From positions 2,936 through 66,935 of the forward strand of contig JAFQIB010000001.1 of assembly GCA_017397765.1 (NCBI GenBank): a stretch of 64,000 nucleotides of DNA. The letters are read 5' to 3'. Position numbers and translations under genes: made by a program. The notes beneath the pieces were generated by a model, which was not told the DNA's origin, made no database searches, and saw only the letters and a list, made by a program, of their open reading frames with translations. The DNA comes from Clostridia bacterium. Its GTDB lineage: Bacteria > Bacillota > Clostridia > Christensenellales > Aristaeellaceae. Positions 25,795 through 34,621 of the stretch are shown here, piece after piece (the stretch's first letter is position 1; each line of letters starts with the position of its first letter).

Positions 25795-26606
25795 ATATGA
25801 ATGCAAGGCTCCGCTCCCTGAGGCCGTACATGACGGTGTTCCGCCTCCGGGCGCTGATGGAAACTCAATACCGGGCGGCAGCCCTGGGCGGGCTGGTGAC
25901 GCAGGTGTTTTTCGGGCTGGTGTACATCTTCCTGTACACCGCACTCTATGCCGGGAACAGCCCGGAGATGCTGCGGGATACCATCACCTATGTCTGGCTG
26001 CAGCAGATGTTCTTCCGCATGATGTTCTCATCGGACGGAGAGCTGACGAACCTCATCATGAGCGGCGGTGTGGCTTATATGCTGGTGCGCCCGGTGGATC
26101 AGCACCGGTTCTGGGTGTGCCGGGATGTGGGCGGACGGCTGGTGGGGGCGATGATGCGCCTGATTCCCATGCTGGCGGTGCAGTTCATTTTGCCCCGGGA
26201 GCTGCGTATCGGGCTGCCGGACGGCTGGCTCAGCCTGGCGCAGTTTGGTCTTTCGCTGCTGATCGGCTGCGTCTGTCTGTGCGAATTGATGTCCATCCTG
26301 GATGCGATCAACATGAAAACGCTGGACAAGCGGGGCGTCTCTGCCATCCTGAACCTGACGATGATGACCTTCTCCGGCAATGTGATCCCGCTGACCCTGT
26401 TTCCCGACGGGCTGCAGACGCTGATCCGGTATCAGCCCTTTGCCCAGGCGCTGGATGCGCCCATCCGCATGTATCAAAGCTGTGCGGCACTGCCTGAATG
26501 GGCGCTGACCGTGGCGGTGCAGCTGGTGTGGATCGTGATCCTGCGCTGGATCGGGCGCAGCATGTGGCAAAGGCGGCTGGACAACATGACCGTGCAGGGA
26601 GGGTAA
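25791..26606 (+). CDS. ABC-2 family transporter permease
   Basis: 271 aa with about 6 TM helices. 4-nt overlap with the ATPase gene. The paired-permease architecture is typical of ABC-2/DUF990-type exporters. Confidence 0.7.
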   Translation: MNMNARLRSLRPYMTVFRLRALMETQYRAAALGGLVTQVFFGLVYIFLYTALYAGNSPEMLRDTITYVWLQQMFFRMMFSSDGELTNLIMSGGVAYMLVRPVDQHRFWVCRDVGGRLVGAMMRLIPMLAVQFILPRELRIGLPDGWLSLAQFGLSLLIGCVCLCELMSILDAINMKTLDKRGVSAILNLTMMTFSGNVIPLTLFPDGLQTLIRYQPFAQALDAPIRMYQSCAALPEWALTVAVQLVWIVILRWIGRSMWQRRLDNMTVQGG

Positions 26607-26609
26607 GGA

Positions 26610-27398
26610 ATGAAATACATGACACATGCGGTGAAGATGCTCTTCAAATCCGCAATGCAATACCGGGCTTCCCTGCTGATGCAGGTGATCGCTCAATTCG
26701 TGATGACCGGCGGCGAGCTGCTGGCGGTGACGGTGCTGCTGACCCGCTTCAAGGCCGTAGGGCACTGGGGGGCGGCGGAGATCCTGTTTTTCTTCGGGGT
26801 GATGCAATCCACCTTTGCGCTGACGGAGCTGTTTGGGCGGGGGATCACCTCCTTCCCCTGGTTTGTGCAGCGCGGGGAGTTTGACGCGCTGATCCTCCGG
26901 CCAAGGCCCCTGCTTGTACAGGTGATGTTTTCCCAGCTGGACCCAAGGCGGCTGGGATCGTTCCTGGTGGGGATGATCGCGGTGCTGACGGCAGCTGCGC
27001 AGCTGGAGCTCCAATGGACGCTGCTGAAGGGACTGCTGCTGGCGGAGGTCGTGCTGGGCAGCATGCTGCTGCTGACGGGGCTGTTCATGATCGAGGCGAC
27101 GGTGAGCTTCTTTTCCGTCAAGTCCATCGAGATGGTGAATGTGCTGACCTATGGCGGCAGGACGGCCTGCCAGTATCCGGTGGATGTATATCCCGGCGTG
27201 CTGCGGGTGCTGTTCACCTATGTCGCGCCCTTTGCAATGTGCATGCACTGGCCGGTGAGCGCTGTGATCGGCCAGCCGATGATGGCGCTGCCCATGTGGG
27301 CGTATTTCCTGACGCCCCTGGCGGGCGCTGCGTTCTTTGCGCTCATGGTGCGCATCTGGTACATCGGCGTGCGGCATTACAGATCCACGGGCACCTGA
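26610..27398 (+). CDS. ABC-2 family transporter permease
   Basis: 262 aa, multi-TM, starts 3 nt after the previous permease gene. Confidence 0.7.
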   Translation: MKYMTHAVKMLFKSAMQYRASLLMQVIAQFVMTGGELLAVTVLLTRFKAVGHWGAAEILFFFGVMQSTFALTELFGRGITSFPWFVQRGEFDALILRPRPLLVQVMFSQLDPRRLGSFLVGMIAVLTAAAQLELQWTLLKGLLLAEVVLGSMLLLTGLFMIEATVSFFSVKSIEMVNVLTYGGRTACQYPVDVYPGVLRVLFTYVAPFAMCMHWPVSAVIGQPMMALPMWAYFLTPLAGAAFFALMVRIWYIGVRHYRSTGT

Positions 27399-27428
27399 CG
27401 TGCCGTACAGGCTGAAAGGAGGAAAATC

Positions 27429-27956
27429 ATGACCATCGAAACACCGAGGCTGATCCTGCGAGAAATGACGGATGAAGATTTCAGCGATCTCCATGCGATA
27501 CTCTCCGACTCGGAAACCATGCGCTTTTATCCCCAGCCCTATGACGAAGCCGGTGTGCGCCGGTGGATCGACTGGTGCAAGGCCAGCTATGCCGAGCATG
27601 GCTTTGGCCTGTGGGCGGTGACGCTGAAGGATACCGGCGACTTCATCGGCGACTGCGGCATTTCCCTGCAGCCCATTCACGGCGAGTGGCTGCCGGAGAT
27701 CGGCTACCACATCCACAAGGCGCACTGGCGGCAGGGCTATGCCTCTGAGGCAGCGGCAGCCTGTATCCGCCTGGCCTTTGAACGGTTTGGATTTCCTGCG
27801 GTCTACTCCTATATGAACGCGGAGAACGAGCCCTCCTGGCGCACGGCGATGAAAAACGGCATGACGCAGGTTGACGCCTATACCGATCCGCACCACGGCG
27901 CGCTCAGGGTTTTCCGGATCGAGCGAAAAACATGGGATAAACAAACAAAAGGCTGA
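27429..27956 (+). CDS. GNAT family N-acetyltransferase (RimJ/RimL-like)
   Basis: TPRLILREMT N-terminus and a WRQGYASEAAAA acetyl-CoA-binding region. AAAGGAGG RBS. Confidence 0.8.
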   Translation: MTIETPRLILREMTDEDFSDLHAILSDSETMRFYPQPYDEAGVRRWIDWCKASYAEHGFGLWAVTLKDTGDFIGDCGISLQPIHGEWLPEIGYHIHKAHWRQGYASEAAAACIRLAFERFGFPAVYSYMNAENEPSWRTAMKNGMTQVDAYTDPHHGALRVFRIERKTWDKQTKG

Positions 27957-28161
27957 ATATGCATCCGAAAACGTTTTGTTTGTCCAATCTGGCCGTCCGG
28001 ATACCGGAAGGGACAGAAGTTCCGGCTTGCTTATGCATCGTGCATAAAAGTACGCATGAAGCAGCATGAAAAGACGGGCTGACAAAGCGAAAACCCGGTA
28101 AAATCGGGCGAAATGATGATAAATAAATTTTGAAAAGCGCATAAATATTCATAAAAACCCG

Positions 28162-28190
28162 TTGACAATTCATCAAAACAGGCGTATAAT
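28162..28190 (+). promoter_or_regulatory. consensus sigma-A promoter for the amino-acid ABC operon
   Basis: Perfect TTGACA-17 nt-TATAAT. Confidence 0.75.
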
Positions 28191-28229
28191 GCCACTCGTA
28201 CCTTTCAATTTGAAATGGAGGAAAAAGTT

Positions 28230-28973
28230 ATGAAGAAGCTGTTTGCACTGATGCTGGTGCTGGCGCTGGCGCTGAGCCTGTCCAGCTGCTCCAAGAAGGA
28301 AGAGGCCACCGTGATCACCGTGGCGACCAACCCCGAGTATCCGCCCTTTGAGTATGTCGAGGGCGACAAGACCGTGGGCTACGATATCGACATGTGGGAC
28401 GCCATCGCCAAGAAGGCCGGCATCGAGTACACCATCGAAGCGATGGACTTTGACGCCGTCATCAGCGCGGTTGCTGCCAACCCCAACACCATCGGCCTGT
28501 CCGGCATCTCCATCACCGACGAGCGCAAGCTGACCGTTGATTTCTCCAACGGCTACATCAACGCCGGCCTGGTGGTGATCGTGAAGGACGGCAGCGGCTA
28601 CACCACTGCGGATCAGCTCAAGGGCAAGAAGATCGGCGTGCAGCTGGGCACCACCAGTGACTTCTCCGCCGAGGAGATCACCGGCAAGGAGAATGTGGCC
28701 CAGTACAAGACCTTCCTGAACGCTGTGATGGATCTGCAGGGCAACAAGGTGGACGCTGTCATCATCGACAAGCCCGTCGGTCAGGCCATCCTGGCTTCCC
28801 TGAAGGACGATACCCTGAAGATCGTCGACATGGGCCTGCAGGCTGACTGGTACGGCATCGAGGTCAACAAGAAGAACCCCGAGCTGCTCAAGAAGATCAA
28901 CGACGCGCTGGCTGCCCTGGAGAAGGAAGGCTTCTTCGACGAGCTGGCTGTGAAGTACTTCAGCGCTGAGTAA
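28230..28973 (+). CDS. amino-acid ABC transporter substrate-binding lipoprotein
   Basis: Lipobox LSLSSC. SBP_bac_3-type motifs NPEYPPFEY, GYDIDM and DAVIIDKP. Confidence 0.9.
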   Translation: MKKLFALMLVLALALSLSSCSKKEEATVITVATNPEYPPFEYVEGDKTVGYDIDMWDAIAKKAGIEYTIEAMDFDAVISAVAANPNTIGLSGISITDERKLTVDFSNGYINAGLVVIVKDGSGYTTADQLKGKKIGVQLGTTSDFSAEEITGKENVAQYKTFLNAVMDLQGNKVDAVIIDKPVGQAILASLKDDTLKIVDMGLQADWYGIEVNKKNPELLKKINDALAALEKEGFFDELAVKYFSAE

Positions 28974-29055
28974 TTGACCCTGTTCATACACCGCCGTAGG
29001 GAGGGGAACCTCTCTACGGCATTTGTGCGATTCAGATTAGTGCGGAGGAATCCCC

Positions 29056-29859
29056 TTGAACATTTCGATCTTCGAGCAGTGGTGGCTGGCCATTGAGCCT
29101 GCCGTACAGGCCAATACGCTCAATTTCTGGCAATTCATCTACAAGGAAATCTACCTCAATGTCATCAAGGACGACCGGTGGCTGCAGTACCTCAAGGGCC
29201 TGGGCGTGACGCTGGAGGTGTCCTTCTACGCGATCCTCGTGGGTCTGGTGCTGGGCACGGTGCTGGCCATCCTGCGCCTGCCGCAGATCCAGCACATGAA
29301 TGCCCGCGGCAAGGGCTTCCTGCCTGCCGTCGGCGCGGTGGTGGTCAGGGCGCTGTCCAAGTTTGCCGGGCTGTACATCAACATCATGCGCGGCACGCCG
29401 CTGCTGCTGCAGGTGCTGATCATCAACTTCGGCATCTTCGGCTCTGTCCGCATTGACAAGGTCATCGTGGGCGTGATCGCCTGCGGCCTGAACAGTGCGG
29501 CCTATGTGGCGGAGATCGTCCGCGGCGGCATCATGAGCGTGGAGAAGGGCCAGACTGAGGCGGGCCGTTCCCTGGGCCTGGGCGGCATCCGGACGATGAT
29601 CTACATCATCCTGCCCCAGGCGGCAAAGTCCGCTCTGCCGGCGATGTGCAACGAGTTCATTTCCCTGATCAAGGAGACTTCCATCCTCTCCTACATTGCG
29701 CTGACGGAGCTGACCAAGGCGGGCGACTACATCCGCTCCCGTACCTTCTCGGCCTTCACGCCCTATATTGTGTCCGGTCTTTTGTACCTGCTGGTGGTGC
29801 TGACGCTCACCTGGCTGATCGGCAAGCTGGAAAGGAGGCTGCGCAACAGTGACCACTGA
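29056..29859 (+). CDS. amino-acid ABC transporter permease
   Basis: His/Glu/Gln/Arg-type permease with the EAA-like loop [17 protein letters not shown] start after GGAGGAA. Confidence 0.85.
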   Translation: MNISIFEQWWLAIEPAVQANTLNFWQFIYKEIYLNVIKDDRWLQYLKGLGVTLEVSFYAILVGLVLGTVLAILRLPQIQHMNARGKGFLPAVGAVVVRALSKFAGLYINIMRGTPLLLQVLIINFGIFGSVRIDKVIVGVIACGLNSAAYVAEIVRGGIMSVEKGQTEAGRSLGLGGIRTMIYIILPQAAKSALPAMCNEFISLIKETSILSYIALTELTKAGDYIRSRTFSAFTPYIVSGLLYLLVVLTLTWLIGKLERRLRNSDH

Positions 29860-30592
29860 TATCATCATTTCCGTCAAGGGGCTGGAGAAGCACTTTGACG
29901 AAGGTAAGCTGAAGGCGCTCCGGGGCGTCGATACGGACATCAGGCGCGGCGAAGTGGTCGTGGTGATCGGCCCCTCCGGCTCCGGCAAATCCACCTTCCT
30001 GCGCTGCCTGAACCTGCTGGAGGAGCCCACTGCCGGTACCGTCACCGTGGAGGGCGTGAATATCACCGACCCCAAGGTGAACATCAACAAGCATCGGGAA
30101 AAGATGGGCATGGTGTTCCAGCACTTCAACCTCTTCCCCCACATGACCATCCTGAAGAACATGACCCTTGCGCCCTGCAAGCTGCTGAAGAAGAGCAAGC
30201 AGGAGGCGGAGGAGAAGGCCATGGCGCTGCTCAAGCGCGTGGGCCTGGCCGACCGTGCCAATGCCTATCCCAGCCAGCTCTCCGGCGGCCAGAAGCAGCG
30301 CATCGCCATCGTGCGCGCGCTGTGCATGGAGCCCCAGGTCATGCTCTTTGACGAGCCCACCTCCGCCCTGGACCCAGAGATGGTCGGCGAGGTGCTGGAC
30401 GTCATGAAGCAGCTGGCAGAGGAGGGCATGACGATGGTGGTCGTCACCCATGAGATGGGCTTTGCCCGCGAGGTGGCAGACCGCGTCATCTTCATGGACG
30501 AGGGCCACATCATCGAAGAAGGCACGCCGGAGGAGATCTTCAACCACCCCCAGCAGCCCCGTACGCAGGATTTCCTGAAGAAGGTGCTGTAA
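29849..30592 (+). CDS. amino-acid ABC transporter ATP-binding protein
   Basis: [24 protein letters not shown] and [11 protein letters not shown]; GlnQ-like. GTG start overlapping the permease end. Confidence 0.9.
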   Translation: MTTDIIISVKGLEKHFDEGKLKALRGVDTDIRRGEVVVVIGPSGSGKSTFLRCLNLLEEPTAGTVTVEGVNITDPKVNINKHREKMGMVFQHFNLFPHMTILKNMTLAPCKLLKKSKQEAEEKAMALLKRVGLADRANAYPSQLSGGQKQRIAIVRALCMEPQVMLFDEPTSALDPEMVGEVLDVMKQLAEEGMTMVVVTHEMGFAREVADRVIFMDEGHIIEEGTPEEIFNHPQQPRTQDFLKKVL

Positions 30593-30629
30593 GGCGCGCA
30601 GGGGATATCATTGCGCAACAGATGAAAAC

Positions 30630-30665
30630 AAAGCAGGGTCTGCACTTGTGTGCAGACCCTGCTTT
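30630..30665. terminator. Bidirectional terminator between convergent operons
   Basis: AAAGCAGGGTCTGCACttgtGTGCAGACCCTGCTTT, a perfect 16-bp stem with A/T runs on both sides. Confidence 0.8.
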
Positions 30666-30682
30666 GATGTGGTTGCAATGGA

Positions 30683-31396
30683 TTAAGGCACCAGCTCGAA
30701 CACCACCGTGACGCTGGCGGAAACAACTGCGTCATCCGGCAGGATGCTGTTCTTGGCGGCAGCAGCGTCCAGCGAGGAGGCATAGGTACGGGCAGTCTGG
30801 CTCCAGCCGGTGTTGCTGTCGCTGATGGATTTGACGCCGCCCAGCTTCAGCCCGGCAGCGCCCGCGAGCAGCTCTGCCTTGCGGCAGGCGTCCCGCACGG
30901 CATAGCCCATGGCTTCATCCTGGGCCTCCGGGGCTTTGGTGGACAGGAATTCGATGTTGTAGATATTGTTCGCGCCGGCGGCGGTGGCCTGATCCAGCGT
31001 GGCGCCGACATGCGCCATGTCCCGGATGATGACATTGAGCTGGTTGGTGACGTTGTAGCCGGTCAGCTTCTGTCCGCCGAGGGAGGAATAGTCGTACTCG
31101 GCGTGCACGGAATAGCTGCTGGTGACGATGTCCTCCTCCGCTACGCCGAAATCCTTCAGTGCAGCGATCACGCCGGCGATGGTTTCGTTGTTCTTCCGGG
31201 CAGCCTCCTCAACGGTGTCTGCCTTGGTGGATACGCCCACGGAAACCCTGGCGTAATCCGCCTTCAGGGAGACCGAGGCACTGCCGGTGACGGTGATGAC
31301 TGCGCCGTCTGCGGCGGCGAGGGGGGCTTCCGCTGCAGTGGCCAGCAGGGGCAGGCACAGGAGCAGCGCAAGGGCGATGGAGAGCAGCTTCTTCAT
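30683..31396 (-). CDS. SIMPL (DUF541) domain secreted protein
   Basis: Signal peptide, then ITVTGSASVSLKADYARVSVGV...EEAARKNNE...SYSV, typical of SIMPL/DUF541. Confidence 0.75.
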   Translation of the reverse strand: MKKLLSIALALLLCLPLLATAAEAPLAAADGAVITVTGSASVSLKADYARVSVGVSTKADTVEEAARKNNETIAGVIAALKDFGVAEEDIVTSSYSVHAEYDYSSLGGQKLTGYNVTNQLNVIIRDMAHVGATLDQATAAGANNIYNIEFLSTKAPEAQDEAMGYAVRDACRKAELLAGAAGLKLGGVKSISDSNTGWSQTARTYASSLDAAAAKNSILPDDAVVSASVTVVFELVP

Positions 31397-31397
31397 A

Positions 31398-32513
31398 TTA
31401 CTTCTTCCTCCTTGCTTTTCTGATCAGGCGGACGACGAGGAGCACCAGCGCTACGATCAACAGGAAGGGCGCGGCGGCCACCAGGAAGATCACCATGTCG
31501 CCGAGGAATTCCACAAAGGACTGGAAGCCCACCTCAACGGCGGAGATCAGCCGGTCCCCGAAGGTAACGCGGGTATCGGTCAGGGGAGCGGTCTGCTCCT
31601 CGCGCAGGGTGATGTTTACGGTGGCGTAGGAGACCTGGCGATCGGTCCGGTTGAGGGAGGATTGCAGCCGGTCGATCTCATACTGGGTGTCAGCGATCTG
31701 GCTTTCCAGCGCCAGCAGATCGGAAAGATCTCCGGATTCGGTGATGAGCGCCTGCAGACGATCCATCAGGGCCAGCTGCGTATTGAGCCGGGTCCGGGTG
31801 TCCTGATAGGACTCGGTGACGTCGGTGGCGGATTCGGAGCGGGAGGTGATCCGGCCCAGCGCCGCCGTGCCCTCCAGGTAAGCGTCCAGGGAAGCCTGCG
31901 GCACCCGGAGCGTCAGATAAGCGGTGCGGAGCCCGGAGTAGCTGTTGGTGTTCTCCGATGCGGACTCGATCCACCCGCTGCAGCCCTCGCAGGCTGCCTT
32001 CAGGGCATCCAGGCTGTCCTCGTAGGTCTGGGTGGCGATGGTCATGCTGGCGGTGCGGATGATCTTCTTCTCCTCCGGCACAGCGGCAGTGAAGGCTGCG
32101 CCGTTGTCTGCGCCGCGGGCCATGGCGGTCAGCATGACGCCGCTCTCTTCCGTGACAGAGGCGGTGTCATAGGCTTCATCTGCATATTCAGCGGTGCTGT
32201 TGGCAGGGGCTGCGCCCATCATTGGCATGGAGCGGGTCTTTGCGTTGCTCTGCGCGACGGCAGGGGCAGTGTCCAGCTGCAGATCGTCTCTGGTCAGCAG
32301 CGTACCGCCAACCACAAAGACCATGGCCGCCGCGACGCTCAGCCAGCGGGTGATTGTTCTGCGGGTGCGAAGCTTGTCTGTACGGGTGTTTTCCATATCA
32401 TCCTCCACCTTCTGCATCCAGGCGGCATGGAGCCCCTCCGGCATGGGGGGAACGTCCTCGTTCAGCCCGGACAGCGCGTCCCGGAGGACTTCGTTTTCAT
32501 CAATACTCAGCAT
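31398..32513 (-). CDS. putative anti-sigma factor with an extracytoplasmic DUF4349 domain
   Basis: Short cytoplasmic N-terminus, one TM (WLSVAAAMVFVVGGTLL), then a DUF4349-like region (RTASMTIATQTYEDS...LTLRVPQASLDAYL...coiled coil...SYATVNITLRE) and a C-terminal TM. 14-nt overlap with the sigma factor gene. Confidence 0.65.
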   Translation of the reverse strand: MLSIDENEVLRDALSGLNEDVPPMPEGLHAAWMQKVEDDMENTRTDKLRTRRTITRWLSVAAAMVFVVGGTLLTRDDLQLDTAPAVAQSNAKTRSMPMMGAAPANSTAEYADEAYDTASVTEESGVMLTAMARGADNGAAFTAAVPEEKKIIRTASMTIATQTYEDSLDALKAACEGCSGWIESASENTNSYSGLRTAYLTLRVPQASLDAYLEGTAALGRITSRSESATDVTESYQDTRTRLNTQLALMDRLQALITESGDLSDLLALESQIADTQYEIDRLQSSLNRTDRQVSYATVNITLREEQTAPLTDTRVTFGDRLISAVEVGFQSFVEFLGDMVIFLVAAAPFLLIVALVLLVVRLIRKARRKK

Positions 32514-33108
32514 AGGTCTGTCCTCCTTTCACTTTCTCAGACGCTGGAATCGGGGATTTGTTCCCGTCTGCAAGGAATTTCGCGATTTTCTGTCGGGCCC
32601 GGTTGATCCGGCTCTTGACCGTGCCGACGGAGGTCTGCATGGCGGCAGCGATCTCCTCATAGCCCAGGCCCTGCAGGGCGTAGAGGATGATGGCTGTCCG
32701 CATGTCGCCGGGGAGATCATCGATGGCGGCGCGGAGCTGGTCGGCGGATTCGGCGCGGAGGACGGCTTCGTCCGGGGTGGGGGAGCCGTCGGCAGGGGCA
32801 AAGCCCTCTTCGGCCAGCTCATCGGTGGATTCAGTTTCAGGCAGGCGCTTCTGCCGCCGCAGGAAATCAAGGCAAACCGAAGCGGCGATGCGGTACAGCC
32901 AGCTCTTCAGGCTGCAGTCCCCCCGGTAGGACTTGATGGCCCGCCAGGCCTTGAGCATGGCCTCCTGCAGGCAGTCTGCCGCATCCTCCTGATGGCGGGT
33001 ATAGTGCCAGCAAACGCGCCAGAGCATTTGCTCGTGGGGCGTGACCAGCTGCTCAAAGGCCTGGGCGTCTCCCTTCTGCGCCCGGCGCAGGGTGAATTCA
33101 TCGGTCAT
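32500..33108 (-). CDS. ECF (sigma-70 family group IV) RNA polymerase sigma factor
   Basis: Region 2 (FEQLVTPHEQMLWRVCWHYT...DAADCLQEAMLKAW) and region 4 HTH (LGYEEIAAAMQTSVGTVKSRINRAR). Start at MTDEF after GAGGGAAG. Confidence 0.9.
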   Translation of the reverse strand: MTDEFTLRRAQKGDAQAFEQLVTPHEQMLWRVCWHYTRHQEDAADCLQEAMLKAWRAIKSYRGDCSLKSWLYRIAASVCLDFLRRQKRLPETESTDELAEEGFAPADGSPTPDEAVLRAESADQLRAAIDDLPGDMRTAIILYALQGLGYEEIAAAMQTSVGTVKSRINRARQKIAKFLADGNKSPIPASEKVKGGQTYAEY

Positions 33109-33146
33109 GGGCTTCCCTCGCTTTCGCATGGGTATTCATCTGATAG

Positions 33147-33172
33147 GACGAATCAGAATTGGATTTTGTTCC
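33147..33172 (-). promoter_or_regulatory. ECF-type promoter upstream of the sigma factor gene
   Basis: Minus strand reads GGAAC-17 nt-CGTC, about 40 nt upstream of the start. Matches the generic ECF -35/-10 pattern. Confidence 0.55.
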
Positions 33173-33250
33173 CGGTTTTTCTCATCCGGCTTCATTATAC
33201 CATGGGAATGGACGGTTGAAAAGCAAAGATGTAAAATATGGAGCGGCACA

Positions 33251-33279
33251 TTGACTTGCAGGGGAAGATTTGCTATCAT
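33251..33279 (+). promoter_or_regulatory. sigma-A type promoter
   Basis: TTGACT-17 nt-TATCAT, 25 nt upstream of the ATG at 33304. Confidence 0.55.
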
Positions 33280-33303
33280 GAAGGCACAGGACGGTGACGA
33301 AAG

Positions 33304-34440
33304 ATGGCAAGCAAACTGATTTTCCTCTCCGACGGCGAGATGATGGTGCTGGACGGCGGCAGACCCCGCCGACTGGACAGTGAGCGCAAGGCGCAGTATG
33401 CCCGCACAGTTCATGATCTGCAGGAGCGCAATGCCTGGAAGTATGAGGGCGCGGGCGCGAAGTTTCAGCATCAGGTGAATCCCTACGAGCTGCGCAGCGG
33501 GATGCTGGATGCTGTCTGCCAGATCCGTGCGGCGGTGCCGTGGCAGGGGAAGCTGCTCTATGCACTCACGACGCCGGAGATGGGCGGATTGTATATCAAG
33601 CCCCTGGAGGAGGGGGATTCGGCAGAGTCCCACTGGCTCAGCGAGCGGGGATTCTGCCCCATGGATCTCCACGCCCGGGGAGAGCAGGCGGTGCTGGCCC
33701 TGGACACTGCCCTGGGCGAGCGGCATATTGCCCTGATGAAGGCGGGTTCCGCCCGCTACGAGTTTGTGACCCAGGGAGATACCCAGGACAGCGCCCCCTT
33801 CCTGTGTGAGGACGGCAGGACGCTGTATTATGTGTCTGCCGGCTGGGCCAGAAGCGAGGACGGTCGTGCCATTGCCAAGGGCCCCAGCGAGCTGCTGCGG
33901 CAGGATCTGCACACCGGCAGGCTGGAGGAGATCGCGGCGGATGACAATTACGATTATTTGCGGCCCCGGATTGCACCGGACGGCACGCTGTATGTGATCC
34001 GCCGCCCCTACAAAATGGATGCACCCAGGCGGGTTGGCATCGTGGATCGGGTAAAGAGCATCGGCTCCGTATTCAAGGGCCTGGGCAGGCTGCTGCGGTT
34101 CATCGGTGATCCGGAGGGGGCGGCCAAGCGTACGCCCCGTACCGCCGGACAGACAACCGAAGCTGCCCAGCAGCGCATGTTCGAGGGCATGCTGCTGGAT
34201 ATCACCCGCAGCAGCAGCGGGACGGATGAAGGGGAGGGCTGCATCCCCCAGGACTGGGTGCTGCTGCGCCAGGCGCCGGACGGGCACTTCGAGGAGGTGC
34301 TGCGCGGCGCTGCGGATTACGATTTCGACGGCGAGGCCCTGATCTACACGGACGGGCGGCGCATCATCCGCCTGGAGGATGGGAAGAAGACCGTGCTGCA
34401 TAAGGCGGTGTTCATCCCCAGGCTGGCGGTTTGTAAATAA
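33304..34440 (+). CDS. hypothetical cytoplasmic protein (possible PD40/beta-propeller-like repeats)
   Basis: 378 aa with no signal peptide. Weak repeated DG(R/T)xLYYV / PDGTLYVI motifs. Product unknown. Confidence 0.5.
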   Translation: MASKLIFLSDGEMMVLDGGRPRRLDSERKAQYARTVHDLQERNAWKYEGAGAKFQHQVNPYELRSGMLDAVCQIRAAVPWQGKLLYALTTPEMGGLYIKPLEEGDSAESHWLSERGFCPMDLHARGEQAVLALDTALGERHIALMKAGSARYEFVTQGDTQDSAPFLCEDGRTLYYVSAGWARSEDGRAIAKGPSELLRQDLHTGRLEEIAADDNYDYLRPRIAPDGTLYVIRRPYKMDAPRRVGIVDRVKSIGSVFKGLGRLLRFIGDPEGAAKRTPRTAGQTTEAAQQRMFEGMLLDITRSSSGTDEGEGCIPQDWVLLRQAPDGHFEEVLRGAADYDFDGEALIYTDGRRIIRLEDGKKTVLHKAVFIPRLAVCK

Positions 34441-34448
34441 GCAGAAGG

Positions 34449-34478
34449 GCAGACTTGTGCAGACAGGTCTGCTTTTTT
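34449..34478 (+). terminator. Rho-independent terminator
   Basis: GCAGACTTGTgcagACAGGTCTGC followed by TTTTTT. Confidence 0.8.
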
Positions 34479-34497
34479 GTGCGAAAAAAGGATTTTG

Positions 34498-34524
34498 TTA
34501 GCACTCTCACTCGGTGAGTGCTAA
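34498..34524 (+). promoter_or_regulatory. CIRCE operator (HrcA binding site)
   Basis: TTAGCACTC-tcactcggt-GAGTGCTAA is a perfect match to the consensus TTAGCACTC-N9-GAGTGCTAA. It lies 98 nt upstream of htpG. Confidence 0.9.
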
Positions 34525-34531
34525 AAATCTC

Positions 34532-34560
34532 TTGCTTTTTGGAAATGAGGGTGCTATAAT
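34532..34560 (+). promoter_or_regulatory. sigma-A type promoter for htpG
   Basis: TTGCTT-17 nt-TATAAT, immediately downstream of CIRCE. Confidence 0.55.
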
Positions 34561-34621
34561 ACCCTTCAGACCTGATATGGTCTTGAAGCATGCAAGCTTT
34601 CTTTACAGGAGGTACTTATTT

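Noticed and set aside
26028-28142. A 704-aa minus-strand ORF lies across the two ABC-2 permease genes, the GNAT and the following gap.
   Set aside because: The sequence is extremely H/R/Q/P-rich and low-complexity, and it is antisense to three coherent + strand genes with proper RBSs and overlaps. It is a shadow ORF.
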